DNA from: Mustelus asterias | Lineage: Eukaryota | Reading direction: 5' to 3' | Assembly (NCBI RefSeq): GCF_964213995.1 | Contig: NC_135809.1 | Location: forward strand, 134,106,001-134,170,000 | Length of the DNA stretch: 64,000 nucleotides | Shown: piece by piece, positions 23,690 through 35,828 of the stretch | How the letters are laid out: each line of letters starts with the position of its first letter | How positions within the stretch are numbered: position 1 is the first letter of the stretch | The notes under the pieces: generated by a model | What the model saw: only the letters and a program-made list of their open reading frames with translations | Databases searched by the model: none | What the model was told of the DNA's origin: nothing | Translations under genes and position numbers: made by a program

Positions 23690-24012
23690 GAGCGGCACAG
23701 TGACACAGTGGTTAGCACTGCTGCCCCACAGCTCCAGGAAGCCGGGTTCGATTCCCGACTTGGGTCACTGTCTGTGCAGAGTCTGCGCATCTCCCTGTGT
23801 CTGCATGTGTTTCCTCCGGGTGCTCCGGTTTCCTCCCACAATCCAAAGATGTGCGGGTTAGGTGGATTGGCCATGCTAAATTGTCCCTTAGAGTCAGGGG
23901 GAGCTAGCTAGGGTAAATGCATGGGGTTATGGGGATAGGACCTGGTGGGATTGTGGTTGGTGCAGACTCAATGGGCCAAATGGCCTCCTTTATACTGTAG
24001 GATTCTATGATT
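23690..24012 (+). mobile_element. HE1 SINE, tail a
   Basis: Full head with gggttcgattccc B box and a CR1-like tail. Confidence 0.9.
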
Positions 24013-25399
24013 CAAAGATTCGGAAATGAACAACTTGAGCTCGAGATTGCAATGTGCAGCCTCACAGCGTCGCTGCTATCAGTGGAAACTGGTTAAATAG
24101 AGAAATGGCGAGTGTTCACTCCAATGCTTTCTCGTACACTCTGTGCTAATCGCCATGTTGTTCAATGGAGAGGAGGGCGGCCAGAATCAACACCAGGCAC
24201 ACCTAAAACCCTCCCAGCCATTCCCACATGCCAACATTGGAGTCATTAACACCCAGTTGATGGGAATATCGGTAAGTGCGGTATATAAACCACCAAATGA
24301 GTAGCTCACTTACCCAGATGCCTTCAGTGACATGTGAACATTCTGATTGGTGACTTCAACAGCCAATTTTCACTCTGGTGCGGGTGTGTGGGGCGGTGGG
24401 GGGGATTGGGGGGGTGATGGGATTTGGGCAAGGGACATGGGGTGCTTGGGGGCAGAATGGAATCGGGTCCTCTGCCCCAGGCAGAGAACAGAGGTGTCCA
24501 GAGAGGCTGCCGAGTGCCAAGGTGGTCCTTTGGGACTTCATTAAATATTTTACTTAAATGTTTCCTTAAAGTTTTTCCCTCGCCACTCCTCCTCACCCAT
24601 TCACTTTGCCTGATCCATGTAGACTCATGCCACCCTGTAACTCTATACCCACCCCCACAGTCCATTATAGCCCACATGCTAACTTAGCGCTAGCTCATGC
24701 CAACTCACCCTTTTCCCTTACACCCGCTACTCTCCCTCACCCAGTACCCACCATGGGCTGACATCAAGAATTATGTTGAGATAAAATAAAGCAAAGCCTT
24801 GCACAGCCTTGACTATAATGAAAAAAAATACTCCCATTCATGGAAGCCCATTCAAAGCTTAAATTACCTAAAGTACTTAATCCCTTATAAAACAGATTTG
24901 CATTCAAAATCCCACATCAAAAACAGCTAATCACTGAATAACCTTTTTGAGCAGTCAGTCAAACTGTGAACTTTAGAGCTGTGATAATGGTAGGTTGTAG
25001 CAAGCAGCCAAGCATTAATAACAACATAATGCAAGCTCTTGGGGTAATGTCAAAAAGCAGCTATTGTAACTGCTAAAACAATGTTTTCAACTCTCACTGA
25101 AACAGGCAGCCTATTTTTAAACACATAAAGGCCTGCAGATTGAAACAACTTCACTGCTTGACAGATTTACAGACATTATCGTCCTTCATTAGCACTTATG
25201 TCCATAGTAAAATTTTGTGATTTCCACACTGCAGGTTAAGTCTCTTGCCATAGTGGAAATGGGGCCTGTTTCAACTCAGCACCGAGTTTGGGTTTCACTC
25301 ATGAGTAACATCCCGCTCCCCCTTTCCCCAAATGGAGAAGGTAGGATCTGTTGGGAATGAGAACGGATCTTAACGAATTTGCTGTTTCTCTTTGCTCTT

Positions 25400-25535
25400 A
25401 GCTCTGATGACAGGTCATCCAGACTCGAAACGTTGGCTCTAATTTCTCCCCATAGATGCTGTCAGACCTGCTGAGATTTTCCAGCATTTTCTGTTTTTGT
25501 TTCAGATTCCAGCACCCGCAGTATTTTGCTTTTAC
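25400..25535 (+). mobile_element. Short repeat with a second-family minimal hammerhead motif at 25400-25438
   Basis: agct-CTGATGA-caggtcatccagactc-GAAA-CG-TT-ggct, with palindromic ACGT stem III. Confidence 0.65.
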
Positions 25536-25654
25536 CTGAAGGAATCTAGTGTGCCTGCCACTTGTGCAAGTCCTGTCTAGGGCTCAGCGGAATTCTGTTC
25601 CTCTCTCCTTGGACACTTTCCAACCTTGTGAATGTTTTTCTGGTGCGGGAGCAG

Positions 25655-25812
25655 TATGGCACAGTGGTTAGCACTGTTGTTTCACAGCGCCAGGGACCCG
25701 GGTTCACTTCCTGGCTTGGGTCACTGTCTGCGTGGGTTTCCTCCGGGTGCTCTGGTTTCCTCCCACAGTACGAAAGACGTGCTGGTTAGGTGCATTGGCC
25801 ATGGTCAATTCT
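25655..25812 (+). mobile_element. HE1/V-type SINE fragment
   Basis: Head and V core. Confidence 0.82.
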
Positions 25813-26611
25813 CCCTTCTTATATTCCTGTGCTTTCTGATTCTATTTCAGATCTCCAGGCAGTGGCTGTGTTCTGTGTTTGCTTTAACACTGCTCCAATC
25901 TCCCAGATTGTCGAGGTAATACCTTTGGCCATGCCAGAAGCTGGTTTTCCTAGACTGCTCACAATGCCCCTCTGGCCGTCTCGCTTGCCTTTCCTGCTGG
26001 CGTTCACGGTTACTGAGCCAGCATCGATCGTCAAGACTTCATTCTATTTTATCACCACCTTTGCGGCAAGGTCATTAGAGTTTTCATTAAATGTTTCGGC
26101 TGATGCTGATTACTCGAAAATCATATCGATCTTTTTGTTTTATCTTCTTTGATCTGTAAATGAGGAACAAAGATGATGGAATTTATAAATCCTGACCTTG
26201 CTAACGGTTATAAAATACAACGTTTCAGAATAAAATAATCAGTGGGCCACAATAGTGAAAAAGTTATGTCTCAAAAGCATATCGGTACAAATTAGTACAA
26301 TTTGTTTCATAATGATACAACAGCCCAAACAATGTGTTTGTTTCTCGGTGACCAAGCTGGTCATAGGCTGAAACGAAAGTAGTAATATATCATTATGATT
26401 TATGAATGGTATTTACTCGATGATCAATTTATTATAGAGCACAATTTAATTTGCAGCCAAGTTGCTAAGTTGTTTAAATCACTTGTGTCCATCATTTATT
26501 CTAAAAGGCTGTTCGATAGATAATCAAACTTGACTGGGCGAAGGATTTGGAATTGGCAGCTACAGAAAGTAATGTGGAACAAAATCCTCACTGAGGTCAA
26601 AATCGAAAATT

Positions 26612-27340
26612 AATCATGTTACCCGCTGGTGAAGGCATTTTAAAAAATCTATGGGCTGGATTTTACTCTCCCCCGCCGCCGGCCCTTCACCTTGTTAAAT
26701 CCCACCCACCCCCGAATAGTCTGAAATCTTATGAGGTGTGGAGAAGGCATCGAGTGACCAGACTGTTCTTGGGCCTAAAGAAGCCAATTAATGGCCACTC
26801 AGGGGGCCTCAATCTGCCACCCTCCCCCCCAGTAATTTCCCCGCAGTGGGGGGTGGAGAGGAGGGGTGGGCAGGGATGGGGGATGGTGCCCACACCATGT
26901 GAAAAGCCTGGCAGCTATTGCTGCACTGCCTGGGGTCAGGTTCCCCTCCATGAAAGGAGGGGAACTTCCTTTCGTGGTCCCCCTGGGCCCATTGGAGGAA
27001 ACCCTTCATCTTGGGCCCTCTCTCCTTTAAACTTCCCCTGCCCCACCCTGGCCTCTTGAACCTGACCACTCACCCTCCTCGCTGAGGCTCCTGACCCAGG
27101 ACTTACCTGGGCTCCTGAGCATGGTGCGACTGGGTGTCGCCCGTATAGTGGTCACATCTCCTGCATGGCCTTGCTGAGACTACAGAGCTATTGTCCCTTC
27201 GATTGGCTGGTACCTCCCTACGAGACTTCCTCATGAGAAAGGGCAGGAGTCGCATTTTAACGCAGTTAGTGTTTCTCCCTGCGTTAAATTGCTGTGGGAC
27301 AGCTGTTGGGATTGCGGGCATGCTCCCTCTGGCTAGGTGG
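26612..27340. mobile_element. GC-rich non-autonomous DNA-element relic
   Basis: Terminus gggctggattttac. Internal similarity to 19900-20150 and 21185-21580. Confidence 0.4.
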
Positions 27341-27341
27341 C

Positions 27342-27372
27342 GGGGGGCGGGGGGGGGGGGGGGGGGGGGGGG
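27342..27372 (+). repeat. Poly-G tract
   Basis: About 30 nt of nearly pure G. Confidence 0.9.
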
Positions 27373-27519
27373 CGGCAGGGGAGGGCGGTGGTGCAAGGTG
27401 GGGGTGGGGTTGACAGAGACTCTGGGGCACACTGCAAAGTCCAGCCCTCTATAATTTACAATTAATCAACAGCAGCTGAAACTCTATCACTGTTTTGGCT
27501 GTTTTTCCATGATGAGTAG

Positions 27520-27835
27520 ACTGCGGTTGCTATAGTAATGTCAGAAACCGGGCAGCCAACCTGTGCACAGCAAGATCCCGCAAACAGCATTGATATAATG
27601 AGCAGTGAATCTGATTTTGTGACGTTGGTTGAGGGATAAGTGTTGGTCAGAGCACCATGGAAAACGAACTTGCTGTTCATTACATCCACCTGAGAGAAAA
27701 GAGAAGGGCCTGAGTTTAACATTTCACCAGTAGATAACACTTCTGACCGTGCAGCATTCCCTCAGTGCTGATTGGGATTCTGTGCTCTGTCTATGGCATC
27801 GGTCTTGAACACAACCTCTGATCCTGAGGTGAAAT
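27520..27835 (-). mobile_element. Deu-domain SINE (SacSINE1/AmnSINE1-like)
   Basis: Minus strand reads ctgagggaatgctgcac..ctcaggtggatgtaa..tatccctcaaccaac..tgctgtttgcgggatcttgctgtgcac, which matches my recollection of the Deu core. Confidence 0.72.
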
Positions 27836-28119
27836 TGAAATAAACATCAGGAGATGTTTGACAGCAAGCTGCTGTTCACGCAATTCACACAATCGCACAG
27901 GGGTCAGATTTTCTTCTCCAATATTCGGTAGGGTTGCACCAATAAAGGATGGTAAATTGGACAATCAAGCTTATTGCCACCACCCCCATGACTCTACTGT
28001 GCTGTAATGGATTGATCTTTCCCTGCCTGCTGTGACAGCAGCAAAGTGGGGCCTGGTAAGCTGCCAGAACTACTTGTTTAACTCTGCCAACCCAAGGAAC
28101 TGCCAGGAGAACGGTAGTG

Positions 28120-28412
28120 GTAGGCATGGCGGCACAGTGGTTAGCACTGCTGCCTCACTGTGCCAGGGACCCGGATTCGATTCCCAGCTTGGGTCACTGT
28201 CTATGCGGAGTCTGCATGTTCTGCCAGTTTCTGCATGGTTTTCCTCCCACAGTCTGAAAGACGTGTTGGTTAGGGTGCATTGGCCATGCTAAATTCTCCC
28301 TCAGTGTGCCCGAACAGGCGCTGGAGTGTGGCGACTGGGGGATTTTCACAGTAACTTCATTGCAGTGTTAATGTAAGCCTACTTGTGACACTAATAAATA
28401 AACTTTAAACTT
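28120..28412 (+). mobile_element. HE1/V-type SINE, tail b
   Basis: Head, core and tail cttgtgacactaataaataaactttaaactt. Confidence 0.9.
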
Positions 28413-28839
28413 AAAAATAACTTAAAGATATTGCTGTTAGGAATTATTTTAAATACATAATTCATCGTGATGCAGGCTTGAGTTCAAGTTTATTACTCAG
28501 GCTCCAATAGAATAAAAATTATGATTATACAACAGATTCATACAGACTGATTTTTTGCGTACCCAAGATGATCAATTCTGTTACTATTCTAAGAGTTCTG
28601 ACATTAGAGGGCACGTTCCCTGATATTTTGTATACCCTGTCTTTGTGAGTTCCATCACATAATCCCAGAATATATAAAGAAGTGAATTCCTACTCATCCA
28701 ACCTCCAGACCTGAGATAATGGCTGCCTTGATGGTACACCTGTCATTACGCAGTTAGAATCATAGAATCCCTACAGTTCAGGAGGAGGCCATTCGGCCCA
28801 TCAAGCCTGCACGGACAACAATGCCACCCAGGCTAGCGG

Positions 28840-29003
28840 GTGGTGGTGCGTTGCTTGCTAGTGGTGGGATTCTCTGGTCTTGCCGCTGTCAATGGGGATT
28901 CTCATTGCCGTCACCCCACGCCGGCGTGAAATACATGGGCGGCGTTGTGCTGCCGGAGGGACAGGAGAATTCCGCTGGCGTGAACTGCCGGAGAATTCTG
29001 GCA
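28840..29003. mobile_element. MITE-like element fragment
   Basis: Terminus ccggagaattctggc. Confidence 0.45.
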
Positions 29004-30267
29004 CACGTCTTGTTAAACCGGCCGATTTTATCATTATCATAGGGTTAGAATGATCTCATTGAACGTCGGAGCAGACTCAACGGGCCGAATGGCCTACTTC
29101 TGCTTCCATGTCCTATGGTCTAATCTGCCGACCTGTCAGTTTAGATAGGGTTAGATGGAGTTTAGATTGGGCAGATGGGGTTAAAACTGACTCCTAATTC
29201 AAAACTCCATAAACAAGGATTGTTAAGTTAATCATTGTTAAAGATCCTTTGTTGTCATGTCAGGAAATAGAACTTCCTTCCCTCACAAAACCAGTGACTT
29301 TCAGCTGACCTCGCTGGAGATTATCACTATGGATTTTAACGCTACCTTTTCCCCAGAGCTGCAGAAGAGAATGAAATACCCATGCAGTTCAGGGTAGCTT
29401 ATGCCTGAAGTGAGCAGTTTAAGCTTTTGGCTGGTGTGGGTTATCTGTGATCTTCATAGTGGTGTCGAGTCGCTTGTATCGTGGTGCAACTTAAATCTAA
29501 TCTCCACACAAAACTATCTGCCAAACTGTCTTAAGGAAAGGAGGGTGGTGGGGGGAGGAAAAGTATATTTTTATTCAAGTGCAATGAGGTACCGATTTCT
29601 TTCCTGGAGATTCATTAGTATACACAGAGACTTTACTCCTTGACAGTGTTGGAGTCTATTTGCATTAATGTAGCATGAAATTGGATTGTCATCATTTCTT
29701 CTGGATAATGTATCAGAATCATGCCTCTCTCTTTCTTTTTTTTCACGCTTGCTGGACCCTTAACATTTCATATTCATTGCATGCGGGAAATTTTTTGCCG
29801 AATTACAAGCTTAATCACTATAAAGTCAGTCTCTTAGTGGTGTATTTGATAACTGGATGTATCTGTTAAAGTCTCTGCCACTAAGATTACAAATCAAGGG
29901 AAGGATTAATTTCAATTTACAGGACGCATTATTCTGAACAAATGAATAACCCCACTGTTAAAATGATCTTAAAATCAAAACCTTCAGAAAGGATTGCAAA
30001 TACTCTGCCTTTTTTTTCTGGATCTGCACATTGGACTGACAGCTTAATCAGCTAGTCATGTCTGAATTTACGCAGCTCACTGATGCATGCTGAGTCCTTC
30101 TGTTGTGATTTACAATGTGTTTAGACACAGCAAACTGACAACTGTAATCCACAATGCAGAATAACCCTTTTGACTCACGGCAGAATCTGGCCTCAGATGC
30201 TCTGTGCAAAGCCCTGTAGGAAGATCAGATATACTTCAGCCTGGCACAATGTCTTATGAAGAATTAA

Positions 30268-30347
30268 AGGGCGACACAGTGGTTAGCACCGCTGCCTCTC
30301 ACTGCCGGGTTCGATCCAGGCCTTGGATGACTATCTGTGTGGAGTTT
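30268..30347 (+). mobile_element. HE1/V-type SINE head
   Basis: A box and B box (gggttcgatcc). Confidence 0.7.
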
Positions 30348-30905
30348 GCCTTGTAGATGGTGGACAGGCTTTGGGGAATCAGGGGGTGAGTTACCCTCTG
30401 CAGAATTCCCAGCTTCTGATCTGTTCTTGCTTGGTGTGACTCAAACCAGTGGATAGAAACCCCCTGATTCCCAGTGACTCCAGTTTTGCCCGAGCTCCTT
30501 GATGCCACACTCAGTCAAATGCTGCTTTGATATCAAGGACAGTCGCTCTCACCTCGCCTTTGGAGCTCTTTTGTGCATGTCTGCACCCAGGCTGTAATGA
30601 AGTCAGGAGCTGAGTGAACCCTGGTGGAACCCAAACAGAGCGTCCGTAAGCAGGTTATTTCTGAGTAAATGCCTTTGATAGTACTGTCCACAACTCCTTC
30701 CATCAGTTTGCTGATGATTGAGAGTTGATTGATGGGGTGGTAATTGGTCAAATTGGATTTGTCCTTTTTGTGCACAGAACATATCTGGGCAATTTTCCCC
30801 ATTGCTGAGTAGATTGCTAATGGTGCAGCTGTACTGGGACAGCTTGGTCAGGAACATAGTTCTGTGGCACAAGTCTTCAGTATCACTGCTGGAATGTTGT
30901 CAGGG
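30348..30905 (-). mobile_element. Decayed CR1/L2-group LINE RT fragment, same family as 47470-48115
   Basis: KKDKSNLTNYHPI..SIISKLMEGVV, NNLLTDALFGF and LGILQRVTH. Confidence 0.8.
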
Positions 30906-31024
30906 TCACATGCAATTTTAATTTTTTGTTCTCTTCCCACTCTGAACTCTCTCTCCTCAGCCTCCTATACCATTCCAACAAAGATTGACAGAAAGTGAAG
31001 GAACAACACCTCATCTCTCAAATA

Positions 31025-31475
31025 CCAGCTTGGTATGGTTCCTGCTCTGCCCAAGACCACAAAAAACTACAATGGGTCGTGAACAAAACCCAGTCCATCA
31101 CGCAAACCAGCCTCCCATCCATTGACTCAGCCTACACTTCCTGCTGCCTCGGAAAAGCAACCAGCATAATCACGGACCCCACGCACCTCAGACATTCTCT
31201 GTTCCACCTTCTTCCATCGGGAAAAAGATACAAAAGTCTGAGGTCACGTACCGACTCAAGAACAGCTTCTTCCCTGCTGCCCTCAGACTTTTGAATGGAC
31301 CTACCTCGCATTAAGTTAGTCTTTCTCTACACCATGGCTATGTCTGTAACATTACATTCTGCACTGTCTCCTTTCCTTCTCCCTTATGTACTCTGTGAAT
31401 GGTATATTTTAGTCTGTATGCTTTTCACCGTATCCCAATACATGTGACAATAGTGAATCAAATCCAATCAAATCA
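31025..31475 (+). mobile_element. Rex1/Babar LINE 3' fragment
   Basis: AWYGSCSAQD..LLPSGKRYKSLRSRT and an (aatca)n tail. Confidence 0.85.
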
Positions 31476-31988
31476 ATAAGGCATTTTGCAAGTTTCCATT
31501 CTCAACAGAATGTTCAAGGATTATGGATCATAACCACTACTGTCATTTTTTCAGACAGCAGCTTTTGATAACCATTCTACTATTGCCATTTACGCCTCTT
31601 CTCGACCCATCTTTTGTTTTTGTTTACTTGTCCCATTGCCATGCCCTTTTCTCTTGCAACATCGTCCTTCCTGTCATTGAATCCTCATCCTTCTACCCTA
31701 TTCCAGAATTTTCCTTTTGTTCTTTGTTCCCCTCCTCGTTTCCCTGCCTTTGGATTTGTTTAAAGACTGTTACATCTTTAACTGTTTCCAGTTCTGACCA
31801 AAGGTCATTGGCCTGCATTGAAAACACTTTCTCTTTCCACAGAACTGCAGAGTATTTCCAGATTTTTCTGTCTTTACGTCAGATTTCGAGCATCTGCGGT
31901 CATTATAACAGATCCCCCTTGTTTACAATGTCTAATACAACGAGTTTGCAGAGACATTTCTGATGTTCATGTTCCTCACAAATCTCTG

Positions 31989-32280
31989 TCAGTATCCATT
32001 GAACCTTGTTCACCACTGAGATTTAAATAGTCAGAAACAACACCACTTTATCTCCCAGCATCTAGTGGCAGGACCTCACTCTTTCTCGAGTTATAATGTG
32101 GTGACAGTGCATCAAAGGCACACTGGGATGGTCTCAAATTGTTGGCGAATGAAGCTTCCAGCAATTAGTCTGCACGGATCTGATGAACCATAATGCAGCT
32201 CTCACACTGTATCCAAAGAACCTGAAATCATCTGTTCCTCTAGCAACTCGCTCCGGTCAATATGACAATTTGCTGGAGTT
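31989..32280 (+). repeat. Left arm of a diverged inverted duplication (partner 33931-34221)
   Basis: tataatgtggtgacagtgcatcaaaggcacac (32092-32123) is the exact reverse complement of ~34107-34138, and the alignment extends both ways. Confidence 0.88.
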
Positions 32281-32449
32281 GTTACAGAGATGAGCGACCA
32301 TGCTTCTGTTTAAAGGCCATTAGAATCCTCCAGATATTGATAAGGTCTTTAAAATTACCCCAAAATATACCATTTACACAATATAAAAATAATCTTAATC
32401 CATCATCATACTGGTAATAGCCGGGATCAGTGATAACACTGATTGTAGT

Positions 32450-32603
32450 CAGGACTATTCTTAGTAAATGTCAGCAGATGTTCAAAGCTCATATTCTCAT
32501 GACGGTCTGTGACATTATGCAGTGCTGAAACAACACAACAATGATTGGTCCTACATTTCCTGAGTGCCGACTGGAACACACATCGGGGATGATTTAAACA
32601 AAC
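32450..32603 (+). repeat. Diverged direct duplicate of 33777-33932
   Basis: Shared blocks cttagtaaatgtcagcagatgttcaa, acaatgattggtc and cacatcggggatgat. Confidence 0.88.
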
Positions 32604-32809
32604 AAATTAAGTACTCCACCGTTATTTGCAAACAAACATTCAAATTAAAGATCGCTCCTAACATCTCCTAGTAATCACTCAAGGGATAATTCATTCGGGT
32701 TTGTGGTTTGAAGGCAGTCTAGGAACATGATAAAAGAAGAATAAATCAAAGACCACATTGCCCATCGGAGCCCAGTTTGTGACAATCTATTCTCTCACTG
32801 GAACACGTA

Positions 32810-32930
32810 GGCCAGAATTCTCCGGCTGTTCACGCCAGCGAGAACGGAAAATTTGGCGCACAACCAAATCTGCATTTGGTGCAGCTGGACTGGAGAATCC
32901 AAGCTGAGGGCAAGGTCGGGGAATCTGGCC
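32810..32930. mobile_element. MITE-like element
   Basis: Inverted termini ggccagaattctcc...ggggaatctggccc. Confidence 0.6.
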
Positions 32931-33280
32931 CATAAGATCCTGAGGGATATTGACAGGGTGGATGTGGAGAGGATGTTTCCTCTTGTGAGAGAATCTAGAA
33001 CTAGGGGTCGCTGTTTAAAAATAAGGGGCTACTCCATTAAGACAGAGATGAGGAGAAATATGTTTCTCTCAGAGGGCAACGGATCTCTGGAATTCTCTTC
33101 CAAAAAAGATGATGAAAGTCTTTGAATATTTTCAAGGCCAAGATAGGCAGTTTCTTGATAAGCGATGGGGTAAAATGTTATCGGGGGTAGGCAGAAAGTT
33201 GTAATCAGAACGGCCATCATCTTGTCGAATGACTGAGCAGGCTTGAGGGCCCGAATGGCCTTCTCCCGAATTTGTATGTT
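32931..33280 (+). mobile_element. CR1 3' end, old
   Basis: KILRDIDRVDVERMFPLVRESRTRG. Confidence 0.85.
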
Positions 33281-33776
33281 CACATGCTATGTGAAATTTA
33301 GTTGAGAGAAAAATACTCTGAAATGTACATTGATTCCACAGATTTCTGTTGGATCGAGATACCGTGCAACTTCCATTATTCAGACCACTTCTTTCCAATG
33401 TGTCATTTCCCCAACATTGGTAAGTCCATCTTTCCTATAAAATCAGATCAGTTCAATCTTTGTTTCTCCTTTTAATCCCCATTCCCATTCTCAACTAGAT
33501 ATTGGTTCATTATTTTGAACAGAATTAATGAAGTCAGCACTAATAGTTCCTGTGTAAGCTAGCCCCATATATCACTGTTCTCTGTTGGGGAAAGCGAATG
33601 GAAGGTGTTGGATTATATCGTTTCCAAGTCTGTCTTGGGGTTTGCTAATTGTTTCCTGTTTCCTTTTTGTTTCATGCGAGCATCCAAAACTGAACATTTA
33701 TCCTCGAATCTGTATTATGGACCCACAATTCTTGGCTTGAGGGAAAGTGTAAGTCAGAATTTACATCCTGACAGAC

Positions 33777-34221
33777 TAAGGACCATCCTTAGTAAATGTC
33801 AGCAGATGTTCAACACAATATTCTCACAGCAGTATGCGACATGATGTAGCGCTGAGGCATTAATATAACAATGATTGGTCTTACATTCCTGACTGCAAAC
33901 TGGAGTGCACATCGGGGATGATATGAGCAAACCCCAGGAAATTATCATATTGGCAGGCGTGAGTTGCGAAAAGAACAAACTACTTCAGATTCTTCAGACA
34001 CAGGGAGAGAGCTGCATTTTAGCTAATCAGGCGCGTGTGAACTAATTGCTGAAAGATTTATTAGCCAACAATCTGAGATCACCCCTGTGTGCCTTTGATG
34101 CACTGTCACCACATTATACCTCGAAAAAGAGTGAGGTCTTGTCACGAGATACTGGGAAACAAAGTGGGATTGTTTCTAATAATTTAAATCCCAGCAGTGA
34201 ACAAAGTTTAATGAATACTGA
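33777..34221. repeat. Composite copy: direct copy of 32450-32603 joined to an inverted copy of 31989-32280
   Basis: Junction at ~33930. Confidence 0.85.
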
Positions 34222-34724
34222 TTATAATCTTTGTAAGACTAGAAACATTGATGGTGGGCCTCTGGATATATCAAAGTTCTCTCCCAGAAGCCTGCTATCA
34301 TAAATTATTGTGGCTTGCCAGGTGTGCTGAAGAAGTCCCACTTGATAAGTGGCAGATGATTACTATCCTACAATAACAATGAAACTCCAAATCAGCAACA
34401 ATGAATTAAAATTAAATCGCATGTTTAATATGGAATAACACCCTGGCACTTTGCAGAAGCATATGGAAAATATAGATACAGAAGCAAAGAATCCCTACAA
34501 TGCAGGAGGAGGCCCATCGAGCCTGCGCCGATAACAGGACTATAAATTATTCATTTATTTAGCAGCAGTCACGATCAGCGAGAGCATTTGTGGGGGCGAT
34601 GGCCGAGTGGTATTATCGCGAGACTATTAATCCAGAAACTGAGCTAATGTTCGAGGGACCCGGGTTCGAATCCCACTACGGCAGACAGTGGAATTTGAAT
34701 TCAATGAAAAATATCTGGAATCAA

Positions 34725-34845
34725 AGGCGGAATCTTATGGCCTCGCTTGTCCTGAAACCGTAAAATTCCACCGAGGTCAATGGACCTTTCCATTGTCCAC
34801 CCTCGCCCGCTCCGATTCCCATGGCGGACAGGAGGGTAAAATTCC
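34725..34845. mobile_element. MITE-like element
   Basis: Termini ggcggaatctta...gtaaaattcc. Confidence 0.6.
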
Positions 34846-35828
34846 AAGAACAAAGAACAAAGAACAAAGAACAATACAGCACAGGAACAGGCCCTTCGGC
34901 CCTCCAAGCCCGCGCCGCTCCCCGGTCCAGGATTGAATCCTGAATCCAGGATCCCCGCCCAATTTTCCAGCCTATCGACATCCTAATATCCTATCCACCG
35001 AGCTGTCCCTCACAGCTACGATGCCTTGTTCATCACAACCTATTAACTCACCCCCACCCCCCCATTCCAGACCATGTGATCTCCAGGGAGAGGCGAAAAC
35101 CCAGAGTGAAAACCCCAGGGTCAATATGGGGAAAAAAAAATCTGGGAAATTCCTCTCCGACCCCCTGTGGCGATCGAAACGAGTCCAGGAGATCACACTG
35201 GCCCTGATCAGAAAATGCTTCCCAACCCTATTCATTTCCACTTCTGCTTTACGAACACCATCTGAATTCCTTGCCCCCGAGACAGGTTCCCAACTATCCG
35301 CAGTCTCGCTCTGTACTGGCACCAGCAAGATGATCATAGAATGAAGCCTTGAAACGAGAAACAAAGAACAATTAGCCCGCCCCGCTCCCTGGTCCAAACT
35401 AGACCACTCTTTTGTATCCCTCCATTCCCACTCCGTTCATATAGCTGTCTAGATAAGTCTTAAACGTTCCCAGTGTGTCCGCCTCCACCACCTTGCCCGG
35501 CAACCCATTCCAGGTCCCCATGACCCTCTGTGTAAAATATGTCCTTCTGATATCTGTGTTAAACCTCCCCCCCTTCACCTTGAACCTATGACCCCTCGTG
35601 AACGTCACCACCGACCCGGGGAAAAGCTTCCCACCGTTCACCCTATCTATGCCTTTCATAATTTTATACACCTCTATTAAGTCTCCCCTCATCCTCCGTC
35701 TTTCCAAGGAGAACAACCCCAGTTTCCCCAATCTCTCCTCATAACCAAGCCCCTCCATACCAGGCAACATCCTGGTAAACCTCCTCTGTACTCTCTCCAA
35801 AGCCTCCACGTCCTTCTGGTAGTGTGGC
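34846..35828 (-). mobile_element. Young CR1 3' fragment with an extended composite 3' UTR
   Basis: ORF 35399..35809 is intact. The ~550 nt UTR contains a 23 nt repeat at 34907-34929 and 35374-35396. Confidence 0.92.

Noticed and set aside
25851-25915. Plus-strand exon candidates (25851-25915, donor at 12410/12411, 13472-13511)
   Set aside because: The splice signals look plausible, but I could not assemble a consistent frame or recognise a peptide.
27342-27372. Functional G-quadruplex
   Set aside because: It is a homopolymer next to a TE relic, its length is unreliable, and there is no supporting context.
33790-33930. H/ACA-like snoRNA or scaRNA on the minus strand (AGACCA, UGAG, ACAttt), with a paralogue at 32465-32600
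   Set aside because: The hairpins are weak, the H box is broken in the other copy, and similarity runs past the predicted 3' end. A plain local duplication explains it.
34592-34680. tRNA gene (A and B boxes)
   Set aside because: It has no cloverleaf and continues into a SINE body. The HE1 heads are rejected for the same reason.
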